Part shown: one piece after another, positions 9,901-18,824 of the stretch
Numbering within the stretch: the first letter of the stretch is position 1
Layout of the letters: the number at the start of each line of letters is the position of its first letter
Source of the DNA: Acidobacteriota bacterium
GTDB lineage: Bacteria; Acidobacteriota; Thermoanaerobaculia; Gp7-AA8
Reading direction: 5' to 3'
Assembly (NCBI GenBank): GCA_019244185.1
Contig: JAFATB010000018.1
Coordinates: 32,001-96,000, forward strand
Length of the DNA stretch: 64,000 nt
Notes under the pieces: model-generated
Told to the model about the DNA's origin: nothing
Seen by the model: only the letters and a program-made list of their open reading frames with translations
Databases searched by the model: none
Position numbers and translations under genes: made by a program

Positions 9901-12551
9901 GGATAGTATCCCCTCAAACTCCGAGCCTTCCCTCCCTGCGCCTCCACCGTCAGCTCGCGCCATTTGCCGGGCTTCGCGTCCGCGGGCGGGTAGAAGCCGA
10001 GGACGTATTGCGAGCGGAGCTCGGTCTGGATCTGATCGTAGGTGCGGTCGAGATCGTGGGCCTGGTCGATGTAATAGACGGCACCGCCGGTTTCGTTGGC
10101 GAGACGGGTCAGCTTGTAGCGGACGTCCATCTCGGTGCCTTTGATGCCGATGCCGATGGCGTAGATCGGGACGGCGGCGCGGCGCGCGTACTCGAGCGCC
10201 TGATCGAAGGTGAACTTCGACGCCGTGTCCTGTCCGTCGCTGATGAGCACCAGCGCCTTCTGTCCGTTGATCCCGAGGAAGTTGTAGAGCGAGAAGACGA
10301 CGGCGTCGTAGAGCGCGGTCGTCTCGTCGGCGCGCAGCTTCGCGAGGCCGGCGTGCACGTCGGCGATCTTCGACGACCAGTGCGAGACGAGGCGCGGCTC
10401 GGTGTCGAACGAGACGAGGAACGCCTTGTCGCCTTTCTTCATCACGTTCTTGAAGAACTGCGCGCCCGCTTTCTGCGCCTCGTCCATGCGCGGCTTCATC
10501 GAGCCCGACGTGTCGATCGCGAGGCCGATCGACAGCGGCAGATTCTTCACGCGCTCGAACTTCGCGATCGACACCGGCTTGCCTTCATCGAGGACCTTGA
10601 ACGCCTTCTCATCGAGCTCCATCGACGGTTTGCCGCCGACGATCACCGTGGTCGGCAGCTCAATGAGGTGAACGTTCAGCTCCTCCATGTACGCCGGCGT
10701 GTTGATCATCACCACGTCTTCGATCGGCGCGGTGTCGGAGTCCTTGAGCGTGGCCACTGCGCGGAGATAGCCGACGCCGCTCGTCGGCGGGATGTCGACG
10801 GTCTGCACGAACGGCGGATCGTAGAGCGTCGCCACGCGCGTCTCGTTCCAGTACAGCTCGAGCGCGCCGAGGGTCTCGTCTTCGGGGACGCTCACGTCCA
10901 TCTCCACGCGCGTCGGTCCGGAGAGGTGCGGCGCGATGCGCGGCGAAGTGATGCGCACGCGGAAGGGATCGGTGCCGCCGTTGACGACGAGATCGTCGCC
11001 GGTGAGCGGCTGGTCTTTCGCGTCGAGTGCGACCGCGCGGATGCGCCGCATCTGCGGCACCTCGCCGAAGTCGAACGCCATCGAAAACGGCGCGGAACGT
11101 CGCACCGCCATCTTGCGGCCGTCCATCCAGAACTCGACCGCTTTGATCGCGTCGCCGGTGGCGAGCGTCTCGATGGTCTTCACGCCGCTCACGAGCGCGT
11201 CATCCGGCGGCACGATGCGCAGCCGCGTCTCGTGCGGATCGGCGGCGGCGGTTTTCGCGTCGGCGGTACTGGCCGGCGCTGATGTTGTCGTTGTCGCTGT
11301 GGTTGTCGATGGCGCGGCCGCGGGCGCGGGCGGTTCGGCGGATGCGACCGGCTCCGGCGTGAAGATCTCAGGAACGGTCAGCGGGTTCTCGACGATCGTC
11401 TCCGCGCCGCTGTTCGCGTCGATGACTTTCACGCGCGAAACGTAATCCGCGGGACGCAGCAGGCGATCGATGACGATCGGCAGCTTCTCGTCCTTGAGGT
11501 CGCCCGGGAAGTCGAAGCGATAGCGATACTTCTCCCACAGCTGCCCTTCCTTGAGCACTTCCCCCGTCACGTCAACGGTGTAAACCTCGGCACCGCCGAC
11601 TTCGGCCGGCGTGATCTGCGCGCGCGGCACGAGCAGCATCATCTGCACGTCCGTGCGGCTGCCTTCCTTCGTCGGATAGCGGACGCTGAAGTCCGCCGTG
11701 AGCTTCGGCGCGTTCGGGTTCGCGATGACCACCGAGCGCAGGAGGTCGCGCGCCTGCTCGTCGTTCAGCTGCGGCGGCTCGAACATCTTCAGGAGGTCGA
11801 CGCGCTGCTGCACCATCTGCGTCATCGCGCGCAGGATCTCGTCGCCCTGCTGGCACTCGAGCTGGATGCGGGTGATGTACGCGTACGGACTGGCCGACTT
11901 GTTCGGATTGCGGTTCGCCTGCCCTTCTTCCGCGTTGGCGCCGAACGACGCGGGATCGGCCGCGGCGATGTCGCTGATGGCCATCGCGCCGCCGATCGGG
12001 TTCCAGAGCTTGTAGTCGCTCGAGCCGCGCGGACGGTAGAAGACGAGGCGGACGTCGTTGCCGACGCCGCGCAGGTACGGGTACTTCCAGATCTCGATCG
12101 GCTGGAGGACGCGCGCGCATTCGGCGCGCACGACGCCCGCGGGCGGGCCGTGCACGAGGAACGTCTTCGCGCGGTCGGAGTCGAGCCGCTTGAACTGTTC
12201 CTTCGCCGTCGCGAGGCGCTCGTAGTACGTGTCGCGAAACGAGCGGCTGTCGCCCTGCAGCGCATCGCGGCGGCGCCAGAACTCGTCGATGAAGTTGTCG
12301 CGTTGGGGATCGGTCTCGAGCAGGAGGAACGTGTCGAGCTCCGTCGGCAGCGCGATCGGCTTCGTGTCGGCGACCCAGTCCTGATACTTCGCGTCGAGCT
12401 GTTCGACGCGCTCCTTCCGCTCGCGGCGCGTGAGCTTGCGCAGCGTGTCGCTCACGGCGGACTGCGGATCGGCGGGGGGATTGCCCGCGTATGCGACGAT
12501 GGTTGTTGTAGCGACTGCGAACATCACTGCGACGACCGCGGTTCGCTTCAT
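9897..12551 (-). CDS. Exported GWxTD-like / Ig-like / VWA domain protein, paralog 2
   Basis: Signal peptide MKRTAVVAVMFAVATT; SDRAKTFLVHGPP; Pro/Ala/Thr linker; DTSGS MIDAS; ends RGYYP like paralog 1. Confidence 0.85.
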   Translation of the reverse strand: MKRTAVVAVMFAVATTTIVAYAGNPPADPQSAVSDTLRKLTRRERKERVEQLDAKYQDWVADTKPIALPTELDTFLLLETDPQRDNFIDEFWRRRDALQGDSRSFRDTYYERLATAKEQFKRLDSDRAKTFLVHGPPAGVVRAECARVLQPIEIWKYPYLRGVGNDVRLVFYRPRGSSDYKLWNPIGGAMAISDIAAADPASFGANAEEGQANRNPNKSASPYAYITRIQLECQQGDEILRAMTQMVQQRVDLLKMFEPPQLNDEQARDLLRSVVIANPNAPKLTADFSVRYPTKEGSRTDVQMMLLVPRAQITPAEVGGAEVYTVDVTGEVLKEGQLWEKYRYRFDFPGDLKDEKLPIVIDRLLRPADYVSRVKVIDANSGAETIVENPLTVPEIFTPEPVASAEPPAPAAAPSTTTATTTTSAPASTADAKTAAADPHETRLRIVPPDDALVSGVKTIETLATGDAIKAVEFWMDGRKMAVRRSAPFSMAFDFGEVPQMRRIRAVALDAKDQPLTGDDLVVNGGTDPFRVRITSPRIAPHLSGPTRVEMDVSVPEDETLGALELYWNETRVATLYDPPFVQTVDIPPTSGVGYLRAVATLKDSDTAPIEDVVMINTPAYMEELNVHLIELPTTVIVGGKPSMELDEKAFKVLDEGKPVSIAKFERVKNLPLSIGLAIDTSGSMKPRMDEAQKAGAQFFKNVMKKGDKAFLVSFDTEPRLVSHWSSKIADVHAGLAKLRADETTALYDAVVFSLYNFLGINGQKALVLISDGQDTASKFTFDQALEYARRAAVPIYAIGIGIKGTEMDVRYKLTRLANETGGAVYYIDQAHDLDRTYDQIQTELRSQYVLGFYPPADAKPGKWRELTVEAQGGKARSLRGYYP

Positions 12552-12566
12552 CAGGGTCCTTTTCCG

Positions 12567-13688
12567 ATGCGGATCTATCTCGACAACAACGCCACGACGG
12601 CGATCGACGCGGACGTCCTCCAGGTCCTCGAGGGATCGTTGAGGGACGTCTACGGAAACGCCTCGTCGATTCATAAAGAAGGCCAGACGGCGCGGCGGAT
12701 GATCGAGGACGCCCGCGAAGCCGTCGCGCGCCTCATCGGCGCTGCGGCCCGCGACGTCGTTTTCACCAGCGGCGGCACCGAGTCTAACAATGCCGCCATT
12801 TTCGGCGCATTTCCGCCGGAGGGTCGTTTCCACATCGTGACAAGCTCCATTGAGCATCCGTCGGTCATCGAGGCGACGCGCGCGCTCGATCGGCGCCATG
12901 CGGACGTGACGTATGTCGCGCCGTCGCGCGACGGCGTCGTCGCCGCGTCCAACGTCATCGACGCGATGCGCGACGACACGCGCCTCGTGACGGTGATGCT
13001 CGCGAACAACGAGACCGGCGTCGTGCAGCCGGTCGCGGAGATCGGCGCCGCGACGCGCGCGCGCGGCGTGCACTTCCACGTCGACGCCGTGCAGGCCGCG
13101 GGCAAGATCGCGGTCGACGTCGAGACGCTGCAGTGCGACACGCTCGCGCTCTCCGCGCACAAGCTGCATGCGCCGAAAGGCATCGGCGCGCTGTACGTGC
13201 GCCGCGGCACGAAGATGAGCTCGCACCTCGTCGGCGGCGCGCAGGAGCGGCGGCGCCGCGCGGGCACCGAGAATGTGCCGCTCGCCGCCGCGTTCGGCGC
13301 CGCCGCGACGCTCTCGATGCAGCCGCACGACGTCGCGTCCGTGCGCGATGCGTTCGAGCGCGAGCTGCGCGCGGCGTTCGGCGCGGCCATCACGATCAAC
13401 GGCGAGCGCGTCGCGCGTCTGCCGAACACGAGCAACGTCACGTTCCACGGCGCCGACGGCGAAGGGATCGTCATCGCGCTCGATCTCTCCGGCGTCGCGG
13501 TCTCGACCGGCTCCGCGTGCTCGTCCGGCCGCGTCGAGCCGAGTCCGGTGCTGCTCGCGATGGGACTCTCGCCCGACGACGCGCGCGCGACGGTGCGCTT
13601 CTCGCTCTCGCGCTTCACGACGCTCGCCGAAGTCCGCCGCGTCGCGGCGCTGCTGGTCGATCTGGTCCCGCGCTGCCGGGCGCGGTGA
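12567..13688 (+). CDS. iscS: Cysteine desulfurase (IscS/NifS family)
   Basis: IYLDNNATT, GNASSIH, FTSGGTESNN, SAHK, STGSAC. Confidence 0.9.
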   Translation: MRIYLDNNATTAIDADVLQVLEGSLRDVYGNASSIHKEGQTARRMIEDAREAVARLIGAAARDVVFTSGGTESNNAAIFGAFPPEGRFHIVTSSIEHPSVIEATRALDRRHADVTYVAPSRDGVVAASNVIDAMRDDTRLVTVMLANNETGVVQPVAEIGAATRARGVHFHVDAVQAAGKIAVDVETLQCDTLALSAHKLHAPKGIGALYVRRGTKMSSHLVGGAQERRRRAGTENVPLAAAFGAAATLSMQPHDVASVRDAFERELRAAFGAAITINGERVARLPNTSNVTFHGADGEGIVIALDLSGVAVSTGSACSSGRVEPSPVLLAMGLSPDDARATVRFSLSRFTTLAEVRRVAALLVDLVPRCRAR

Positions 13689-13697
13689 TGCCCGCGC

Positions 13698-13735
13698 TTC
13701 TCAATTCTTCATTCTGCGTTCTGCGTTCTTCATTC
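13698..13735. repeat. Third, single-arm copy of the heptamer repeat
   Basis: ttctcaattcttcattctgcgttctgcgttcttcattc matches the 9789/9847 arms. Confidence 0.85.
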
Positions 13736-13805
13736 GTTTTTCCAGACGAAATCTCTCTTGCCGCTCCTCGGTTCCCATGGCATTGTTCTGTCCGGCCGGT
13801 CCCTG

Positions 13806-14936
13806 ATGACGGAAAAACCTATCCTTCAAGGCGATCTGTCGAAGATCCAACTCCCCGACGTCCTCAGCTTCCTTGCCATGATCCGCGAGAGCGGAAAGCT
13901 CGTCGTCCGGCAGGGGCAGCTCGAGCGCACGATCCATTGGAAAGAGGGAGAGATCGTCTTCGCCAGCTCGAGCTCTCCCGAGCACTCCCTCGGCCAGTTC
14001 CTGCTGCGCAACGGCAAGATCACGCAGGCGCAATACGAGGAGACGAAACGCCGCGTCACGCCGCAGCTGCGCCACGGAAAGCTGCTCGTGCAGATGGGCG
14101 CGATCTCGCCGAAAGACCTCTGGTGGGGCGTCAAGAACCAGGTGCTCGAGATCATCTACTCGCTCATCGGCTGGAAGGAAGGCGAGTTCGCGCTGTACGA
14201 CTCGGCCGAGGAGCTGGCGCAGGAGCGGATCGTCGTGCAGATCAACACGTCGAGCGTGATCATGGAAGGCACGCGGCGGCTCGACGAGTCGGCGCGCATC
14301 CGCGAGAAAGTGCCGAGCCTCGACATGGTCTTCGCGAAAGTCGGCGGCGCGGTGCCGGACTTTCACGCGCTCGACATGACCGACGTCGAGATCGGCATCT
14401 ACAACGACATCGACGGCAAGCTCACCGTGCGCGAGCTCACCGGCCGCTCCGATCTCACGGAGTTCGAGGTGACGCGGATTCTCTTTCAGCTCGTCTCCGC
14501 GCGGCTCATCGAGCCGGTGCCGGAGGAGAAGTCGTTCCGCCCGGTCTTCCTCGACGTCGAGGATTCGCCGGAGCTGCTGAAGGTGATCTCGACCTACAAC
14601 GACATGTTCGGGCGCCTCTACGACGCGCTCGAGAAAACCGTCGGCGAAGATCAGGCGCGCGACATTTTCATGACCGTGCTGCAGAACGCCGAGACCGACG
14701 ATCTCTGGGCCGGCGTCTTCTTCGATCAGTACGGCCGCTTCGACGAGAACATGCTCATCGCGAACATCTCCGAGCTGCCGTTCGAGCGGCGCAAAGCCGC
14801 GCTCGACGAGGGCCTCAATACGCTGCTGTCCGTGCAGCTCTTCGAGGTCTCGCAACATCTCGATCAGGCGGGAAAAGTGGACGTGTTCCGCTTCATCTCG
14901 GACCAGAAGGCGAGCCTCGAAAAAGCGGTGGTCTGA
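13806..14936 (+). CDS. DUF4388 (PatA-N-like) domain protein
   Basis: LQGDLSKIQLPDVL..SGKL..GEIVFASS..LGQFL..WKEGEF..IMEGTRRLDE pattern. Confidence 0.78.
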   Translation: MTEKPILQGDLSKIQLPDVLSFLAMIRESGKLVVRQGQLERTIHWKEGEIVFASSSSPEHSLGQFLLRNGKITQAQYEETKRRVTPQLRHGKLLVQMGAISPKDLWWGVKNQVLEIIYSLIGWKEGEFALYDSAEELAQERIVVQINTSSVIMEGTRRLDESARIREKVPSLDMVFAKVGGAVPDFHALDMTDVEIGIYNDIDGKLTVRELTGRSDLTEFEVTRILFQLVSARLIEPVPEEKSFRPVFLDVEDSPELLKVISTYNDMFGRLYDALEKTVGEDQARDIFMTVLQNAETDDLWAGVFFDQYGRFDENMLIANISELPFERRKAALDEGLNTLLSVQLFEVSQHLDQAGKVDVFRFISDQKASLEKAVV

Positions 14937-14963
14937 GACCCGCTGTTGTAAGCTCCCGCCCGC

Positions 14964-15761
14964 ATGTGGCCCACGCTTTTCCGCTTCGGAAACTTCGAGA
15001 TCACCACCTTCGGGCTGATGATGTTCCTCGCGTTCGTCATCGCCGGCTGGATTCTCGCGAGGCAGTTCCGCGCGCACGGACTCGATGACGAGCTCGCGTC
15101 GTCGATGGTCGTCGCGGCCGCGCTGGGTGGCATCGTCGGCGCGAAGGTCTATTACGCGATCCTCTTCCGCGACTGGCACCTGCTCTTCGACCGCGCGGGC
15201 CTGGTCTGGTACGGAGGCCTCATCGGCGGCGCGCTCGCATGCTCGTGGCTCGTGCACCGCCACCGCGTCCCGTTCTTCACCGCCGCCGACGCCACCGCGC
15301 CCGCGCTCGCGATCGGCTACGCCGTCGGCCGCATCGGCTGCTTCCTCGTCGGCGACGACTACGGCCGCCCCACGAATTCCTGGGTCGGCATCGCCTTCCC
15401 GAAAGGCGCCCCGCCGACGACCGCCGAGTCGCTCCGCCAGTTCGGCGTCGCCGTCGATCCCTCCCTCCCTCCCGACACCCTTCTGCGCGTCCACCCAACG
15501 CAGATCTACGAGTCCCTGAGCGCCTTCGCCATCTTCGCCATCCTCATGGCCATGAGCCGCCGCCCCCACGTCCGCGGCCGCATCTTCGCGATGTTCCTGA
15601 TCTTGCTCGGTATTGAGCGCTTTCTCGTGGAGATCGTGCGCGCAAAGGACGATCGGCTCCTCGGACCGTTCACGGTGGCGCAGTTGATCAGTGTGTTGCT
15701 GGTGGTGGGGGGCGGCGTTCTGTTCGCCGTCACGGCTTCCAGAGCGGAGCAGCGCGCGTAG
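14964..15761 (+). CDS. lgt: Prolipoprotein diacylglyceryl transferase
   Basis: GLVWYGG, GRIGCFLVGDDYG, HPTQIYE, RFLVEIVR. Confidence 0.95.
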   Translation: MWPTLFRFGNFEITTFGLMMFLAFVIAGWILARQFRAHGLDDELASSMVVAAALGGIVGAKVYYAILFRDWHLLFDRAGLVWYGGLIGGALACSWLVHRHRVPFFTAADATAPALAIGYAVGRIGCFLVGDDYGRPTNSWVGIAFPKGAPPTTAESLRQFGVAVDPSLPPDTLLRVHPTQIYESLSAFAIFAILMAMSRRPHVRGRIFAMFLILLGIERFLVEIVRAKDDRLLGPFTVAQLISVLLVVGGGVLFAVTASRAEQRA

Positions 15762-15780
15762 CGTCACGACGTAGGAGCGC

Positions 15781-15807
15781 TACAATTCATGACGGAGGGC
15801 CGTCATG
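15781..15807 (+). promoter_or_regulatory. -10 box followed by a hairpin covering the RBS and start of the hydrolase gene
   Basis: TACAAT at 15781-15786; CATGACGG-aggg-CCGTCATG perfect 8-bp stem containing GGAGGG and the ATG at 15805. Confidence 0.45.
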
Positions 15808-17349
15808 CCGTCGAAACCGCTCGGAGATGTGGGCGCTGCATGGGAGACGGTTCGATCGCCGGCGTCGCGCGCCGCGGCGGTCTTCGTGCACGGCTGGGGT
15901 GGCGACTATCTCGAAACGTGGACGCGCAAGCCTCGTTTTCGCGCTCCGCTGAAGAGTCTCATCGACCATCTCGCCGAGGACGCGGCTCTTCCCTGGCTGT
16001 TCTATTCGGTGCGGCACACCGGTGCTGCCTTCGAGTCGACGACGATCGACCACATCGCCGGGATCGTGCAGACCGTCCTCGATACGTACGTTTACAAGGT
16101 GGCCGACGTCGTCGTGCTGGTCGCGCATAGCCTGGGCGGGCTCGCGTGTCGCCAGTTGATCCTCAACGAGATCGACCGGCTGCCGCGCGCCGAAATGAAG
16201 ATCGCCGGTCTGCTAATGTACGGGACGCCGAACGACGGCGCATCGATGGCAAAGCTCGCCGGCGGGCTGCTTGGCTCGGCATCCGGTGAGCAGATGCGCA
16301 CGTATAGCGACGAACTGCGCAGGCTCAACAGCGAGTGGCTGGAACGCGTTGCGAACGGCGGCAACCCCGCGCGCGGCTTCGACCAGCGTGCGCCGCTGCT
16401 CTGCTGGAATGTCGTCGGTACCTCCGATCGCGTCGTGACCCCCTCGTCCGCGGCCCACATGGCTCTCATGGGCGACGTGAAGATGGTCGCGAAGGGCCAC
16501 CTCGACATGGTTAAGCCGGCGTCGGTCGACGACGTCTCAGTCGGTATCGCCCGCGATTTCTTAGCCGAGGCGGAGAAGCGCGTCGCATCGCGGCCGCGCG
16601 ATTACGCGTGCGACAAGCTCGCCGCGCTGACCCGCGCTGCCGCCGCGCGTGAGCCGTGGGTGCTGACGGAAGAAGAGACGATCGAGCTCACGCAACTCGA
16701 CGGCGATCGGTCGCGATTCAGCGAGGCTGCCTCGCTGTTCCGATCGCACATCACCACCGTCCGCACCGGCGTCGCGTGCGGCGCGACGTTGCAAATCGGG
16801 GCGCGCCTCGACACCGCGAACTACGAGCCGGGAGTGACGGTGGCGTTCGACTGCGCGATCGGGGATGGCGTCGTGTCCAGCGCCGTCAGCGACGTGCTTC
16901 GCAGCGGCGACATCGACGAAGAGGAGTTGAAGGACCTCGTCCGCGTGGACCGGGTGGAGGCGACGAACGGCACGCGGTCGCTTCCGTTCGCCGCCGAGCC
17001 GATCACGAGGACGGACGGCTGTTACCTGCTGCCCTTCCGCTGTGAGAACTGGCCTGAGAGTCTGGAGCGAGTCGATCGTCTGGAAGTCGAGATCTCATCG
17101 GTCATCGATCTGGCCATGGGTTGGTACACGTTCTATGCGCCGAACACCGTTACCGATCGCCTGACCGTCACGTTCCGCTCGCCGTTCCGGATCGCATGTC
17201 TTCTGCACGAGCCGTTGCGGAGCCAGGCGCAGCCCAAGGAGAACGACTTCGTCAGCGGGTCTTATGTCACGAGGGTGCGCATCGACGGCCCGGTGGCCGC
17301 CGGCGCGCGGATCATGTTCATCTTCAGGAGGGACGATGGCGGCGAGTAA
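15805..17349 (+). CDS. Alpha/beta-hydrolase (lipase/esterase-like) fused to an unrecognised C-terminal domain
   Basis: VFVHGWGG, nucleophile elbow AHSLGG, GTPNDGA, DRVV, KGHLDMVK; more A/T-ending codons than flanking genes by eye. Confidence 0.78.
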   Translation: MPSKPLGDVGAAWETVRSPASRAAAVFVHGWGGDYLETWTRKPRFRAPLKSLIDHLAEDAALPWLFYSVRHTGAAFESTTIDHIAGIVQTVLDTYVYKVADVVVLVAHSLGGLACRQLILNEIDRLPRAEMKIAGLLMYGTPNDGASMAKLAGGLLGSASGEQMRTYSDELRRLNSEWLERVANGGNPARGFDQRAPLLCWNVVGTSDRVVTPSSAAHMALMGDVKMVAKGHLDMVKPASVDDVSVGIARDFLAEAEKRVASRPRDYACDKLAALTRAAAAREPWVLTEEETIELTQLDGDRSRFSEAASLFRSHITTVRTGVACGATLQIGARLDTANYEPGVTVAFDCAIGDGVVSSAVSDVLRSGDIDEEELKDLVRVDRVEATNGTRSLPFAAEPITRTDGCYLLPFRCENWPESLERVDRLEVEISSVIDLAMGWYTFYAPNTVTDRLTVTFRSPFRIACLLHEPLRSQAQPKENDFVSGSYVTRVRIDGPVAAGARIMFIFRRDDGGE

Positions 17350-17425
17350 GAAGTCAGCGAAAGGTGGGTCTTCTAAAAAAAGCAGCAGCAAGAAGAATGG
17401 CGGCGGCGGCATTAGGAAAAAGTGA
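17336..17425 (+). CDS. Putative 29-aa Lys/Ser/Gly-rich micro-protein
   Basis: MAASKKSAKGGSSKKSSSKKNGGGGIRKK; AGGAGG immediately upstream; overlaps the hydrolase 3' end. Confidence 0.45.
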   Translation: MAASKKSAKGGSSKKSSSKKNGGGGIRKK

Positions 17426-17435
17426 GGAGACAGTC

Positions 17436-17582
17436 ATGGCGAACAAGAACAGCGGTTCGGGTTCATCTTCGGGAAGCGGCGGATCGAAAGGCGGCGGTGG
17501 CAAGAGCGTGACCACGACGACCCCGCAGCCGATTCCGCCTCGCGGTCCGAAACCGCGCAGCGGCGGCGGCGGAACCCGCTGA
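17436..17582 (+). CDS. Putative 48-aa Gly/Ser/Pro-rich micro-protein
   Basis: MANKNSGSGSSSGSGGSKGGGGKSVTTTTPQPIPPRGPKPRSGGGGTR; GAGGAG RBS 6 nt upstream, overlapping the previous stop. Confidence 0.55.
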   Translation: MANKNSGSGSSSGSGGSKGGGGKSVTTTTPQPIPPRGPKPRSGGGGTR

Positions 17583-17651
17583 CGCGTTGACTGCAGCGAA
17601 AACGCCGGCGCTCTTCACGAGCGGAGCTCGAGCGATACACTGACGCACCCG

Positions 17652-18824
17652 ATGTTCCGCTTCGACTTCACCACCGCCGGCGAATCTCACGGGCCGCAGC
17701 TGACGGTCCTCGTCACCGGACTGCCTGCCGGTTTGCGCGTCGACCGTGCTGCGATCGATCGGGATCTCGCGCGGCGGCAGCATGGGTATGGGCGCGGCGG
17801 GCGGATGAAGATCGAGAGCGATGCGGCGGAGGTCACCGCAGGCCTGCGCGGCGGCGAGACGCTCGGGTCGCCGATCGCGGTGCAGATCCGCAATCGCGAT
17901 TTCGAGAACTGGCAGCCGGCGATGGATCCGTGGACGCTCGACGACGCGGAGGCGCACAAGCGGCGCGTGCATGCGCCGCGACCGGGGCACGTCGATCTCG
18001 CGGGCGGGATGAAGTACGGCCGCACCGATCTGCGCGACGTCCTCGAGCGCGCGTCGGCGCGCGAGACCGCGGCGCGCGTCGCCGCCGGCGCGTTCGCGAA
18101 AGAACTGCTGCGCGCGTTCGGCATCGAGATCCGTTCCGGCGTCGTCTCCGTCGGACCCGCCGGCGATCCCGAATACGCGGCGACGTGGGGCGAGCTCGCG
18201 TCCGTTGACGACGACTCGCCCCTGCGCGCGATCAATCGCGAGCACGAGGCCGCGATGATCGCGGAAGTCGATCGCGCCCGCGAGCTCGGCGAGACCCTCG
18301 GCGGCACGATCGTCGTCGCCGCGCGCGGCGTCCCCGTCGGACTCGGCTCCTACGTCCAGTGGACGGAGAAGCTCGACGGCCGCATCGCGCAGGCGATCCT
18401 CTCGATCCATGCAGTCAAGGCGGTCGCGATCGGCGACGGCGTCGGCGCGGCGCGACGCGTCGGTTCCGAAGTGCATGATGCGATCTGGTTCGATGACGAG
18501 CGGCGCTATCACCGCACGACCAATCGCGCGGGTGGACTCGAAGGCGGCGTCACGAACGGAGAAGACGTCGTCGTGCGCGCGTTCATGAAGCCGATCTCGA
18601 CGCTGCGGCGTGGACTGCCGTCCGTCGACACCGAAACGCGCGAGGCGCATCGCTCGCAGTGGGAGCGCAGCGACGTCACCGCGGTGCCGGCGTGCGGCGT
18701 CGTCTGCGAGGCGATGCTCGCGATCGTGCTCGCGTCCGCGATGCGCGAAAAGTTCGGCGGCGATTCGCTCGCGGAGATGCGCCGGAATTACGATGCGTAT
18801 CTCGATGAGCTCCGCCTCTTTTAG
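17652..18824 (+). CDS. aroC: Chorismate synthase
   Basis: TAGESHG, RPGHVD, ERASARETAARVA, NRAGGLEGG, KPIST. Confidence 0.97.
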   Translation: MFRFDFTTAGESHGPQLTVLVTGLPAGLRVDRAAIDRDLARRQHGYGRGGRMKIESDAAEVTAGLRGGETLGSPIAVQIRNRDFENWQPAMDPWTLDDAEAHKRRVHAPRPGHVDLAGGMKYGRTDLRDVLERASARETAARVAAGAFAKELLRAFGIEIRSGVVSVGPAGDPEYAATWGELASVDDDSPLRAINREHEAAMIAEVDRARELGETLGGTIVVAARGVPVGLGSYVQWTEKLDGRIAQAILSIHAVKAVAIGDGVGAARRVGSEVHDAIWFDDERRYHRTTNRAGGLEGGVTNGEDVVVRAFMKPISTLRRGLPSVDTETREAHRSQWERSDVTAVPACGVVCEAMLAIVLASAMREKFGGDSLAEMRRNYDAYLDELRLF

